From Camelus dromedarius (taxonomy: Eukaryota), in the NCBI RefSeq assembly GCF_036321535.1, contig NC_087437.1:101124001-101188000 (forward strand): a DNA stretch of 64,000 bases, given 5' to 3'. Below are positions 38,621 through 52,692 of the stretch, one piece after another (the stretch's first letter is position 1; every line of letters starts with the position of its first letter). The notes beneath the pieces are model-generated. The model searched no databases, was not told the origin of the DNA, and saw only the letters and a program-made list of their open reading frames with translations. The position numbers and the translations under genes are program-made.

Positions 38621-40979
38621 AATGTAAGAATTTATGAGGTAGGCATCTTTACAGAATGACTTGTAAGCTATACAGCTCTTGTGACGTAAGGTAGAGCTGG
38701 CTCAGAACTGGGTGTGGTAAGAGGAGAAGCATGAACCTTACTCACAGATTCCTCATCTAATTCTGGTCCAGGAAGTCCATGTCCAATGCAGGAAGAAAAT
38801 CTTGGGAAGAAGGGCCTGGAACCCTCTCTTCTTCATCTGAGACACTTGATTACTTATAACCTTGATATTATTAGTAAAACTTGATATTTAGTAAGATGTC
38901 TCAGTTTTTGATGAGTCTGATTTTATGATTATTCCCTTGTATTAACTTGTTAAGAACTGCACTTAAAGCTTTTGTCCCAGAATGAGAGTCTACATGGAAC
39001 AACACACAGTTGACTATGGTCTGAAGGACAATGGTGACTGGCCAGCAATCCCTAGGTATTATAATCAAGAAATAAATATTTATTAGACACTGAAATTTGA
39101 AGAATTATGTTACCCCAGCAAAGGTGACTAATATATCAGGATGTGTTTGAGATAAGGATTCCTTTTTAAGCAATCTATAAATAGATTTGCATTTTTAATT
39201 TAAAAGCCACAGACATTTTGTCTGGAAAAGTGGACACTGAGAAGGATGAAGATATGTAGAATCACAAAAGGTATGTGACAAGATATATATGCTAAGGAAT
39301 GGCATGGCTCTCATTCCTTCTATAAGATTATTCTTGAATTATATAATGACCAAGTCACAATGTGATTTATTGGAAATTTTGAGAAAAACTAAGTCTATTC
39401 AGAAAACAATTCTATCAAAAATTTTCACATAGTTTTCTTTTTTTTTCTCCACTACTTTTAATTGGCAAAAATGTGGCAGAGGTGTGTAAAGAATAGCAAA
39501 ACAATAGCACCACAAACACACACACACACACACTATTGCCTTATCAGCAATTACCACTATTTAGCAGTGAGATTTAGATTTGTTTTCCAAACCCATATTT
39601 TGCCAATCTCCTTTAAAATACAGATACATTCAACAAGTGAAATTTTAAACCCCAATGTACTTTTATGTAAAAATTATTTTTCTCCTTATGAACTGATTTT
39701 GATGGATAAATTGCAGTATTAAAGAGAGGAGTTCACATGCTAAAAGAAAATATTGCACAATTCATTATAGAAGTAAATTTCTAGTCTTCTTTGTGTCCAT
39801 TCAAATATAACTGTCAGAAATCATGTTCCTAGCCTAGACTATCTTTCAGGAAGTTATGATAACTAAGATCATGATAAATAACACTTGATTTACCACTTAA
39901 AAATGATTTCTAAATAGTGCAATCAATGCCTATTTGTAGAAATGTGCAAAATCAGCTCATAGGGTTCAAAAAATAAACTGTAAGCAACTTAAAGCGATTG
40001 AATTACTGGAAGAGAGCAGGAAACATCTTAGGGGGCCATGAATGATTTTATTTCCATTAATTTTAGATTGAAATAAAACCTCTAATATATTACACTGTCT
40101 TGCCCATTTTGTTTTTAAAGACTTAAGACAGGTAATTCCCAGAGACTGCAATAAAGTGCATACTTAGAGACCTTAACAGTAAAAGATCTACTTATGGTAA
40201 CCTTCCTTCCCACAATATTTAACAAAAATGTAGACTTTCATAGTTCTTCATTAAAGCTATAGAGTAAAACTTTCTTTACATTTAACTAGGGCCAAGAAAC
40301 TTTTCAAACTTTTCAGTTTTTCTCAGGATTAAATATATTAGCTTATATAGAAAGGTATTTGAGTGACAATAGTCCAGGAGTACTTGCCAAACATAATTTA
40401 ATCTGATAAAAATGCAACATGAAGGGAGAAGCAGAGTTGAATGGGAATTTCAACGTGTATATCCTTTCTGGCCAAGAATGAATTTATCTCCTCTACTGAT
40501 GTTTGTAATTAGCTTATTTACGTATCTGTAGCTTTTTTTCTGTTGACATTTTCTGGATATTTGTCATTGCAACTCGATTAAACCACTTGCAGTAGCCGCT
40601 CATCAGATGTAGTCTGTGAATCCTATATGCTATTCTCTCAACTTAATTCATTGCTCTCTTTTCTTTGTCTAGTTCACTTCTAAACACCCTTCAAAATTTA
40701 GCTACAGCATCACAATTTTCAGGAAGCCTTTTCAGAACAATTAGTGTGATTTAAAATAGCTCCTTCACACCAATAATAACCTGTACTTAACATATCTAAC
40801 TAGGGGACCATCAGTATTCTATATGTGGGTCTTCATCAAGCTTTCCTTTACTCAGAATAAGAATTCTTAGACCCTTCAACTGATATTTTCAGGGAAAAAA
40901 ATGAAGTTTTATATTCTAATATATTTACACAATTGAATATTCCAATAATAAAGTGATCTCAATTAAGAGATAATGGTAT

Positions 40980-42340
40980 TCTGCTTCTAGCCAAGATGGA
41001 GTAACAGGATATGGATTTACACTCCTTCCCTGAATCAATTACAAACTATATGATAAAACAATTTTTAAGACATTGGGTATCAGTCAACTTAGCCCAGTGA
41101 TTTGGAGAGACAGAAAATATATCAGTGGAACTCTGTGATTATTGTGTTACTGCCTTGATAGAGTTTCCAGGACATTGTGAAGAAGTGAACAGAGATAGAG
41201 TTTAGAAGATATTCTGCATTTGAGACCCAGAGCTGAGACCCAAGGGAGACCATAGTGGCTGGAGTTCATAAAGCTGAGAACTGGAGAGGTGAATCTAACA
41301 AAGAGATATTGAAACTGAAAAAGAAAGAGAGATAAATGCATTAATGAATGAGAAAGAAGAGTGATGAGGAGAGAGAGAGAGTAAACACTGGAGCTCTGTA
41401 GGGAGTATTATATAGCAATAGTATTATTAGTATTCAGGAGAACACTGATCATGACCTGTATGTGAGAACACTACTCAAGGCTGGGATGAGTGAAGGAGGG
41501 GAAACACCTGAAAGGATGGCGGAGACTAGTGCCCAGTGCCCTAGAGAACAGGGAATAGCATCTGTTTCCCTCCATCACAGTGAAAACTGCACAATTCATG
41601 GATCATTGGTAAAGTATTCACTATTCATTAGTGGAAAAACTGTTAATACTTGAGTTACATCTGAAGTTTAGTTAATGTTATTGTATCAATATTAATTTCT
41701 TAGTTTTGATAAATGTACCATGATTATATGCTAATATTGGGGAAAGTTAAGGGAAAGGTATGAGGAAACTCTGTTCTGCACCTTCTTTGAAATTATTTTG
41801 TAAAGTTATTTTAAAATAAATAAAAAAAACACGCAATTCCAAATGAAAGTGGGCTATAAAAAAGGCTTTAACAGTCACATACAAAATATATTATTCCAGA
41901 TGGCTAATAAACATGGCAATGTACTCAATTTTATTAGTAATTATAGAAGTTCAGCTTAATATCACTACATCTCCACTGAAATAGATAAAATATATTTACA
42001 AGAATGCTCACGTGTGCACCAAAGTTACATGTATAAGAAAGTGCACGTGTGCAAGAATGTTTGTTGTACTCATACCTCCAAAATACACAGTGCTATATTA
42101 AACTTCAGTGAAGTCCAAACAGATAAAAACAATTCCACACTATTAAGTCAGGATAGTGGCTACTAAAAGAAAACTGGAAAGGGGCAGGAAGGGGGCTTCT
42201 AAGAGCTAGTAAGGTCCACTTTTGGAACAATATGGTAGTTACAGGCATGTGTGGACTTCATGTTAGATTAACGAGCCGTACATCATTTATTTCAGTTTTG
42301 TACTTCCCTCTATGTTTATTATAGTGAAAAAGTTTAAAAG
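40980..42340 (+). mobile_element. Composite of old L1M pieces (5' end, then L1MC/ME 3' ends)
   Basis: ttctagccaagatggagtaacagggat (L1M 5' start); tattgtatcaatattaatttcttagttttgataaatgtaccatg (L1MC 3'). Confidence 0.7.
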
Positions 42341-42712
42341 TACTTAATTCAAAACAAATCTCTAAGTTATTTAGTCTTATCCTCAGTTCTTTCTTTGTTA
42401 GATTGTTTTCCCACATCACAGAATATCAGTGCATTGCTTCAAAAGGACTGAATATCTTTGAATTACTATAGGAGAGAATATCAGTAACTGCTAGGAAATC
42501 ATTTCTAAAACTGACTGGCTGAAAGATTCTATTTGGCTTTATGTAGATATCTCTTCTCACTCATTCCCTCCTGTAGCTTAAAAAAATACAAAAATCTATC
42601 TGCGTTAAAGGCAACTACCTACCAAAATGTATCCGCAAAAACTAATTTTAATAAAAGTCAGATAAACGGAAAACAGAATGCATCTATCCCAGATTCATTA
42701 GAATTATTCTTT

Positions 42713-42971
42713 CAAATTCCAAACTCCCATTTGGGATTTGCAGATAGTAACTACTCTATTTAAAACAGATAAAACAGCAAGGTCTTACTGTATAGCACAG
42801 GGAACTATATTCAATACCTTGTAATAGCCTATAATGAAAAAGAATATGAAAAAGTGTGTATATACACATATATATAACTGAATCACTATGTTGTACAGCA
42901 GAAATTAACACAACATTATAAACCAACTATATTTAATAAGAAAAACAGAAAACAAAAACAAAACAACCAAA
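42713..42971 (+). mobile_element. 5'-truncated L1 3' end with a short inverted 5' segment
   Basis: caaggtcttactgtatagcacagggaactatattcaata...tgttgtacagcagaaattaacacaacatt and an A-rich tail; degenerate TSD (12/15) at 42700-42714 and 42972-42986. Confidence 0.85.
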
Positions 42972-43274
42972 AGAACTGTACTTTCATAGCCAAACCTAAT
43001 GATTAATTTCCATGAGACCGTGTTCTGACTTGTTATTGACAGGAAGTTAATACTAACATTTTTTGTCTCCAGCAAGAAATAACATGTCTTGTAAGCAAAT
43101 GATACCTCCATTTTATTTTTCTTTAAATTCTTTCATGAAAACATCATGTTGTTAATTGATCAGATTTATCAAAGATTACCTCCTGGGAGAGTAAAAAAAA
43201 AAACAGCTGTTATTAGAAATTTTTACTGCATTTTGTGAGTGACTATCATTAAAATTTCATTTTCACACAGCCCG

Positions 43275-43463
43275 TGGTAGATCCAGGTTTTATGAAGACT
43301 GACGACTACATAATTTTCGGGGACTTTTTTCAGAAAAAGAGAATATGAAAATATCTTACTTTTGCAAATTTTACCGAAACATAGGAGGATGTGAACACAT
43401 TGCCCCTTCTTAGAAACTGGTCCAAGTTAAAAGAACTTCTGTTTCATGGTCAGTATGCTTCTG
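43275..43463 (+). mobile_element. hAT-type non-autonomous element (MER53/MamRep38-like)
   Basis: gatccaggttttatg...atcttacttttgcaaatttta...atgtgaacacattgc. Confidence 0.6.
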
Positions 43464-46400
43464 TACTCAGCATAGAACCTAGAGATTATCACTTAAGGCA
43501 GGTGTCAAAGAGAGGACACCTCCAGGGGACGTAGCAGTGTAAATCAATGAAATGATCTGTGTAAATAAAACAATAGTGCAAGTGTAATTACAAATGGCAA
43601 CTTGCATCTTGTTGTCACTGAAGTGACAATAGGAGATGATTAGACTTTGACACTCTCCCTAGTATAATGCAGAACAGCCAAATCCATTCACATTCTTATG
43701 TAGAATTGACTGGCTTACTGTTCCCATCTTGAACAAATCAAATAAATCTAGATCTTATGATAAATTTTCCATTCAAAAACATTAGCAACACATTCAAATT
43801 ATTTTCCCAGGAAAAATATTTCCTTTTGAATATTAAACATTTGACTTTGATCAAGTCTGACACACGTGAAAGTAAAGAAAACTCACCAAAATGTGTCCTT
43901 CTGACTAGTCCCAGCCAATGATTGAGGCTAAAGATAAGTGATGAGTTAGCCTTGAAGGTCTTACTTTATTTGTAATGATTTAAATTAAAAGATAGCCAAA
44001 CAAACAAATAAACAAAAAAGGTAGGGAACTTGTTAAGATCTGAAATAACATAAATTTAGGGCATTCTGATGTGATGGTGAAAAGCCAGTAGATTGCTACA
44101 AAAATTAAGGTCTGTAATATACTTGGGTCTGAGCTCTCTTCACCTTTGTTTGTTTTCCTAAAAATGGATCCCAAAGACAGCAAGTCGGTTACGAATGCTA
44201 CCTATCTCAGTCAGATTACCTTTACTAGCCAAGAATCCATGGAGAGACTCCAGCTCTTACCGCCGTGTCCCAAGTTAAATGGGTCAAACTATATCGTGAG
44301 TTTAAATGGATCTGTACAAAATGAAGACTGTGGAGAAGCAACAGTATTTACAACACACTTCACAGGTGATGTTTATTCAGGGGTAAAAAATAGGGTAAGT
44401 GCAGGCAGATGGATTCCAAAGAAATCATAAGCTTGTTTAAATGCAAATGTTTCCGGGGAGAAAAAAAACATTCAGAGAAGAAATGATAACATAAATAAAT
44501 TTCCTCTCAGCAGAATGTTTTCTTCAAGTTTACAAGAGGCAACCTCAGGTGTCTAATGGAGATATACTGAACAGCTAAAAGAGGACACCTTTGCGAAAGG
44601 AGTTTTAGTGCCTCTAAATGCCTGTTGTTGAGGGCACTTTATTTATCGACTGAATTGAACTTGCAACCAAATTACAATCTTACTCTCTTTGCATTTTGCG
44701 TCCCAATCTCGACTTCAAGATGAGTTGGCACTTCGAGGCATAAAAGTGTAATTTAGTCTCCCTTTTAATTCCCACTTAACTTCTGTGATAACAAGCAACT
44801 GCTTAGTGAGGTAATTAATGGGAAATTATGCTTTTTTATTGGCAACTTGGGATGTACTTTCTAGGACTAAGACAGTAAGCGCTGATACCAATTATTTTCT
44901 ACATCAGCTATTTGGTTGCAGGACCAATATTAAGCAGTTACCTGAAAGGTGGAAATGAAGTATCTCTCGGCCCATCAGGAGCTTTGTTGGGGTGGGGCAT
45001 AAGTGACATGTAGCCACAAATATATATATGTTCAATATAAATATCTTTTAACTTTTTGCATATGGTCTTATTATTGCATATGAGACGCGATTGTTAGACC
45101 ATTTAATTCCACGGAGTACAGTGAAAAATTGCTTAAGGTAAAAAATGATGAAATCTTCATACCTCACTCACACTTTTCTGCAGTGGAGATAATGAATATT
45201 TAGCAAAGCAAGCTAGCAGTTTGCAAATGTGCAATTAAAATCCTGGCTCTTCTCTAATTATGTAACACTTAAGTTAAATGGTCTTAATAGACATATAATG
45301 ATAGCTTTATAAACCTACAGTTACTTATAATCAAATGTAATTTCTATTTCAGTTTTAAAGCACCCATTAAATGTCTATTATGATTTTTAAGTAATTTGGC
45401 AGACATTTAATGAATACTTTAAAACCTAAATAGTAATTATTTCAAGAGACAACTGTTAACATAACATATAGGAGTAATGGAACTACTCATTTGAATACAC
45501 AGTTTAAAACTAATTAGTGAAGTATATGTGCAATACCCAATGGCTTTACTACAAAAAGAAAATCACAATTTTAATATGATTTCCTCTCTTAGAATAGAAA
45601 CCATTTTTCTAATTTTGTTCTGAGTCCTGTGACCTACCTGTCACCTTACAAAAATATAACCCAAAAAAGCTGTATCTTCTCACAATTCCAGGTATATTCT
45701 AGAAAAATTATTTCTATGCCAGGCAGAGTAAAAATGTATTTTATACATTAATTCACTGTTATATTTTGGGTATGTTGCTAGGAAACTAAAAAAGAATGTT
45801 TAATATAGTCAGTTTTTCGTTTCAAGTTGTAGGTGACGAGTCAGTTTCCAATTTTTCAGAATAATGTTGTTAATTTTAACAGACGATTGCTGTTTCTCAC
45901 TATGTGTAACAAGTATAAGTTCGCCACATCTTTTTGCAATGGAGATGCTTAAAATTCCTTAAAATGATAGAAGAAAGCTGTGTGTTATAGTCAAGTCACT
46001 AAAATTTTCTCATGAAACGGAGATCATTATTTTGGGGCAATGAAGCTTCATTCAGAAGCTTTATAGAAAGGTTTTCCGTCCTATTTCAAGTGTGATGTAT
46101 TTTAATTTATAAAACTGAAATTGCTTTATTGTTCCTATTAGATACAGACATTTCAACAGTCCAAATTTCAAACTCAGGATGATATAATTACACAAATACA
46201 GATGGTTGTTTGAAAGTGAGGCCAATTTTAGCTCTAATGTTCACTAATAAGTATAAATTTTAATTATTATTATAGTATTCGATGTTAATTTTATAATCCA
46301 CTTGTTTTCGTATCCCTGCTGTCTTAGCATCAAGGTCATTTGTGACTTTTCCTGTCCTAATCTTCCTTGCCTTATATGACAAGGAAAAATAATTTCTCCT

Positions 46401-46859
46401 TCTGTATTGGCACTAATTCTATAAAAGGATACATCCAAATATTAGAAACTTAATTGCAATGTGAAAGAATTGTGTGTATGTTTATATTTATACACACATA
46501 CTTATATACGGAAATTTATGTGGTATAACAAGTGAATATATATATATATATATACTCGTATTTATCAATATATCATAAAATAACACATTAAAAAATTATA
46601 TCACATATATATTGAATGTAGAATATGAAAATATATGAATATGAATGTATATTTGAATATATTTATACATAAAACAGTAAAACCCTCTTTACAAATTTAG
46701 AAAAAAATCTATTAAATTTATCTTGAGTTATATGTGAAATAACAGATAAACAATTTATAATTTTATGTTAATCCTTATACAAATAATATTATGAAGTAGT
46801 ACAGTGTGACATTTAGACACAGAGCTAAACAATAAGCTACTATTTTATACCGTCTATCC

Positions 46860-47880
46860 ATTACAATGTTACAAATGAACAGACATCCAGTTTGTGATAA
46901 GCCCCGTAGTTAGTTGGATTTATGTGACTGCAGTTCAGCAGAGAGGTCTGCACCGGATATATCAATCTGCCAGGCGTTTGGCATACACACAGTGATTAAA
47001 GCCATATAATTACTTGAGATCAAAAAGGGTTTGTACAGCTAGAGAAAAGAAGAACATCAAAGACTGAGTTCCGTGGTATCCCACCCTAAAAGGTCAGGAA
47101 AAGAGAGTAAACCAGCGGAGAAGACTAAAAAGGAGTAGAAGTTAGATAAAAATAAATGACTGGAAGCCAAGTGAAGCCATTTTTCCAAGAAGCAGATGAT
47201 GTGTTATAAGCTCTTGATACATAAATATGAATAATGTGTCAGTATGTGTTATATATTACTGTGCTATAATAGCATAATAAATGTGCTATATGGTATTGAT
47301 AGGTCAAGTTAAAGATTAAGTATTAATTATTAGATTTAACAGTGGAAAATTAATTGGTAACGTGGTAAAAGGAATGCACTGAGGTAGTGATGAAAAATTA
47401 GTAAAGGAGGTTCAAGAGATAAAGGGAGATGAAGAAATTTTGGTATAAATAACCATTCCAAAGTAGATTTTTGTAAAGGGAAGTTAAAAAACAATGGAGC
47501 AGCAACTGAAGTAGAATTAGAGTTGAGAGAATTGTTTAGGCCTATAATTATGTATTTATATGCTGACATTAAAGATTCAGTAGAGAGGGAAAATTCAAAT
47601 ATATATTAGAGAGTAAAATTTTGGAGAAAATATGAGGAGTAAAATATTGGAGTCAAGATTTTGCACAGGCAAAGGAGAAGGGGTGTAGTGCACAAAGGGA
47701 CATGAAGACTTGAGCTACGAGTCTCATGGTTTATCCATATGAACCAGGGAGCAAGAAGAGTATGGAGACATAACTACAGGCAGCAGGATTGATGGAGTGG
47801 TGAAATCCTGCAAGGGTTCTCTTGTGATTGACTCAATTTTCCTTGTGCAATCCGGAGTGAGATTATTATCTGAAAGTGAA
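46860..47880 (-). mobile_element. L2 fragment
   Basis: ttagttggat...gcagttcagcagagaggtctg..ggatat...gtgattaaagccat...ggaagccaagtgaag are antisense L2 motifs. Confidence 0.75.
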
Positions 47881-47881
47881 A

Positions 47882-50545
47882 GATAAGCTCAGGGATTCAA
47901 ATTCCAAGTTCAAGTGCTGCACCAACCATGAAGGACCTGAAAGTTTTCCATGTCTGCTCTGAAAGAAACCCTTATATCCCATAGCAGCAGAGCTGAGGTT
48001 ACTGTAAAACAAACCCACCGTTTCATCCTGCAAATGAATAACAATGCAAATTGAATATCTAATCTCACATGATATCTGATGTTAAAGTGTGGGTATCTCT
48101 TGAGAAGGAATGGGGTCTTGAAAATTAAAATGGGACACTTGACTCTGATGACATACGGATATTGAACCCTTAATTCTACTGACTCTTATTGCCAGTAGAG
48201 ATACTGTTTTCAGCTCCACCTGAAGAGATTGATCCTGTTTAGCCTGAGCAAGCTACAAAGACCTCCCTGTGGTAGTTGCCTTTCAAGACAATACTGGTTC
48301 TTCTCAGGACCCAGCCCTCTTTTGTTCAAGATGAGTAATAAGACTCAGGTCCCAGCAGCCTCAAGAGGTGAAGTAGAAAGTATGATACATTAGGAGACAC
48401 ACTTCACTCCAAAAGAACTTCATGATCTTTCCAATTTATATAGACAGAAAATCCTGAGTTTATGTGTGGGAATGGATATTAATGTAGGTGAGGGATAGTG
48501 GTGGAAGGAACATAAATTTGGATCAGGCAGAATTAATGGATATAGGCTCACTAGGCAGAGATTTTTGCATTTAATGTCACAGCATGAGGGATTAGAAGGT
48601 CTGTAAGAGTTTGGTTGGCTGAAGCATGGATCAGTGGTAGTTTACACTGAATTAAGATGATGTGCCAGACTGCCTTAGTATACTGCAGATGAATGGATGC
48701 AACATTTTAGGGAGACTGAAACATTAGAGAGTATTTCTCATGTAAGATCTGCTCACCCACCCTGGGACAGTCCAGACGACATATCTTTCTCCATGACAGT
48801 GAGAAATAAATTTGTTAGGGGAGCCCCATTATTCTTGAAGAGCTAGTGGTTGCCCTTGTTTGTGGGTCAGATATTACAGTGAGAACTTTTGCCATTGAAT
48901 TGGGAAGCCTAAATATAATGGAGATAATTGAATGCTAGGGAGGCAGGGGGCAAGTGGTGGCACTTAATGACCAATGTCAAGGTGGTCATGGTTACCACAG
49001 TGGGAAGCCTAGTGAAAGTGGTAATCAGAAATAGACTCACAGAGACCTGTGGGGTGGGCTAGGTGGTTGTGGTGTCCCTGGAAGTGGAATAGACGGGCAA
49101 TCTACTAAATTCTTAACTTGATCTGCATAGTGGAAGAGTTCTAGGTCAAGGGAACACAAGTCTAACTCGAATCATAAAAACAGAGAGTCACAGCCCCTCA
49201 GTTTCCAGAGTTGAGCAAGTTTATTGATCCAAGACCTTTCAAATAAAGGAAGGGGTGAGTCCCCTTGAGGAAGGATGACTTTATGCTGCCAAAATTTTAT
49301 ACTGTTAATCTTTCTCTTAGCCTTCCCCCAAAGGGACCTACAACCTTTTACAGGGTGACTGTGCAATGAAGTAAAGGAAATAATCAAACTTTTTGAGGAT
49401 TACTGGACACTAGCTTGAACTGACACTAATTTCAGGAGAGCCAAAACATTTCTGTGGTCCATCAGTCAGAGTAGGGGCTTATGAAGGTCAGGTGATCAGT
49501 GGAGTTTTAGCCAGGTCCGTCTCACGGTTGTTCCAGTGTGTCCCTGACCCCGTCCTGTGGTTATTTCCCCCATTCTGAAATGCATAATTGTATTAGGTAT
49601 ACTCAGAAGCTGGCAAAATCTCTGCACTAGTTTCCTGACCTGTGGCTATTTTTGTAGGAAAGGCCAAATAGAAGCGAGTAAGACTGCCTCTCTCTAGGAA
49701 ACTGGTAAACCAAAAGTAATCCAGCATTCCTGGTGGAGTTACAGAGATATAGCCACCATCCAGGACTTTGAGGATGCATGGGTAATGATACCCACCATAT
49801 CCCCATTCAAGTCATCTATTTGGCCTATGAAGAAAAGGCAGATCATGGAGAATGAAAGGGGATTAGTATAAGCTTAACCAGGTGGTGATTCCAATCAAAG
49901 ATTCCAATCTGTTGTACCAGATGTGATTTTTATTGACTAAGTATATTAACACATTCCCTGGTACCTGCTATGTAGCTATTGATCTGACAAATGCATTTTT
50001 TCCTACCTCTTAGTAAAGGCCACCAAAAGCAGTTTACTTTCAGCTGGCAAGGCCAGCAATACACTTGCACTTCCCTACCTCAGTCGTGTATCGATTCTCC
50101 AACCCTATGTCACAATTTAGTCTACAGGCATCTTGGTCACCTTTCCTCTCCACAAGCTTTCACACTAGTCCATTACACTGATGACATTATGCTGATTGAT
50201 TGAGTAAGAAGGAGCAACTAACTACTCTTATTGGTAAGACGTTTGTATGTCAGAGGGTAAGAGATGTATCTGACAAAAATTCAGGGCCTTTTACCTTACT
50301 GAAATTTCTAGGGGGTCCAATAGTGTAGAACATGTTGAGATATCTCTTCTGAGGTGAAGGATAAATTGTTGCATTTACCCCTTCCCACAACCAAGGAAGA
50401 GGCACAAGGCTTAGTGTCTGCTTGGATTTTAGGGTGAAAATATTTTTTATTTGGATGTGCTACTCCAGCCAACATATCAAATGATGTGAGAAGCTATTAG
50501 ATTGGAATGGAAGACAGAACAAGTGAAGGCTTAGTGACACAAGCC
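47882..50545 (+). mobile_element. ERVL internal region (decayed gag-protease-RT), no flanking LTRs seen
   Basis: Protease-like GLLDT at about 49397; RT motifs AIDLTNAFF and [34 protein letters not shown]...[11 protein letters not shown] (YxDD); many stops and frameshifts. Confidence 0.92.
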
Positions 50546-51677
50546 AGGCTGCCTGGAGAAAACACTAACTTAAGTTTGTTTTTCACATCTGTATCTGCCC
50601 ATCTCCTAGGTCATGGACTAGTAATGATCTTCTGAGATCTTTTATGTTCTTTTACACCTTCAGATGGTCTGCAAATATAGGAAGTAAATCATCAGTGAAC
50701 ACCATTTTAAATTGTTATTTTGGGTTTATCATTAAGAATGTATAATTTTTTTACTTGATTACTTGTCATAATACAGAATTTTAAGAGTTCTTAATTAGTT
50801 TAATCATTATGTTATCTAGTGGTTTTCAATAATAAAAGCACATTATATATCTTAACATGTGTTTTAGATAAAAACATTTGATGAAATATTCATAAGGTTT
50901 TAATAAGAATGTTTTCTGGTTTTACTGTGCTAAATAAAAAGGTTATAACTATTAAAATTAAGTATTATACTATCTATGAAATGAAAGTTTTGTTACACAG
51001 TTCTAAATGCTTTCTATATTTGTAGAAAATTTTATTTATTTATGAAGGCTGCTTATTTTATTGAAGATAATATCCTTTCTTTCCCCATCAGTTAACTTTT
51101 TAAAAATACAGCTGTTTTATAAAATCATTTCAATGGTGAAACAGAATACATAAGTTTCCCAAGTTTTTTTTTAGCTGAGATTGAAAATGTACTAACTTCT
51201 GAATGTATTAATAATTTAGCTATTCAAATAATAAATAATGAGTGGTTTCTCTTCAACTGCAAATAAAAACTCAAAGATTGTTTATTAGAAAAAATGACCT
51301 TTAGTTGAAAGCTATTGAAAAGTCTAAGATGAAAGAGGATTTTTAAAAAGTGCTTAATGGAGTTCATATTATTGAATGTATTTTAGATAAAAATTTCTTT
51401 ATTTGCTCTCCTCCCAGACCCTAACTCAATGTAGGGAGTATTTAGTCAGAAAATTTTTAATTTATGCTTAGCGCCATCAGACCCATAACACATACTGAAA
51501 TATTCATATATAGGAGAAGAAAGCAAATAGAAATTGAGGCCAGTAAAGCAAATTGTAAACGTTAGCCTATTTTTCAGTATCTCTTGGGAGAAGGTTCCGG
51601 ACCCATGTAAGAAAAGGGTCAAGAGTCTGGGCCAGAGACAGATTACTTTGATGTGTTAATACTTCTAGACCTTGTGT

Positions 51678-52047
51678 GCTTCATGGACTGAATGTTTATG
51701 TCGCTCTCAAATTCATATGTTGAAGCCCCAACCTTCAATATGGTGGTATTTGGAGGTTGGGGTCTTTGGGAAATAATTAGGTTTAAAAGAAGTCATAGAA
51801 CCTTATGATTAATGTCCTTAAGAGAAAGAGAGACCAGAACTCTCTTTCTCTATCAGGAGAGGATGTAGCTAGAAGGCCATTGCTGGCTGAAGGTCAGGAA
51901 GAAGTTTCTTACCAGGAACCAAACCTTGCTAGTACCTTGATCTTGAACATCTCAGCCTCCATAATTAGAAGAAACAAATGTTTATTGTTTAAGTCACTCA
52001 GTCTCTGCTCTTTTCTTTTTTTTTTTAATAGCAGCCTAGGCTAAGAG
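51678..52047 (+). mobile_element. MaLR LTR (MLT1A/MST-like)
   Basis: atggactgaatgtttatgtc...aaattcatatgttgaagcccc...gtatttggagg...accttgatcttgaac.tc.cagcctcca...ctaagaga. Confidence 0.88.
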
Positions 52048-52599
52048 ATCTTCTTTCCTTTTGACTGGTGACATTCATATTGCCATTAGCAGCTTTCCTC
52101 ATTAAATAACAAAGAGTTAAGGAGCTTACTTTAATTTTCAGAAGAAAAGAGAAATGTGGGGGTGAATACTCTCCACTGCACAATCAGTTTTTGCTGGGAA
52201 GCTTCAGAACAGAGCAGATGGAAGTAAGTATTGTGGAAACTAAAGCAGACTGCAGCCTTGGGGTATAGAGAAAGAAAAGAAAGAGCCCGCAGAAAGCCAG
52301 CCAGGAAACAAGAAACAGCTTAATAAGATAACAACACCCACAAGTTGAGGAAACCAGAAAGTTTTCCACTGATACACTAAGATAACAAGTGCAGCATTTA
52401 TAACAACTTTTTCTCCCGTAGTTTATGTATGTACATGCCAGCGGCTTTATTCAGCCTCCTGGTTTCTCAAAAGAATTGTTTTAGTTTTTCCAACAAGTGT
52501 TTGTCTTTAATTGACTTCGTTCCTTGTACTTAAATAGCAATTTTTATTATCTTCAACATGTCACCAGCCCATTCGTGGGCTATATGCTTTTTGATACCA

Positions 52600-52692
52600 T
52601 TTTTTTTTTCCTTTAATGGTGGTACTGGGGATTGAACCCAGGACTTCCTGCATGCTAAGCACACACATTACCACTGAGCTACTTCCCCACCC
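52600..52692 (-). mobile_element. tRNA-derived camelid SINE (Vic-1 type, short form)
   Basis: The reverse complement reads gggtggggaagtagctcagtggtaatg...gcttagcatgcaggaagtcctgggttcaatccccagtacc plus an A tail. Confidence 0.9.

Noticed and set aside
43612..43629. Perfect 8-bp inverted repeat ttgtcact-ga-agtgacaa
   Set aside because: About one such repeat is expected by chance in 64 kb; no other support.
44146..44430. 94-aa ORF (MDPKDSKSVTNATYLSQ...)
   Set aside because: No recognisable homology or supporting exon structure; the length is compatible with chance. A BLAST search would settle it.
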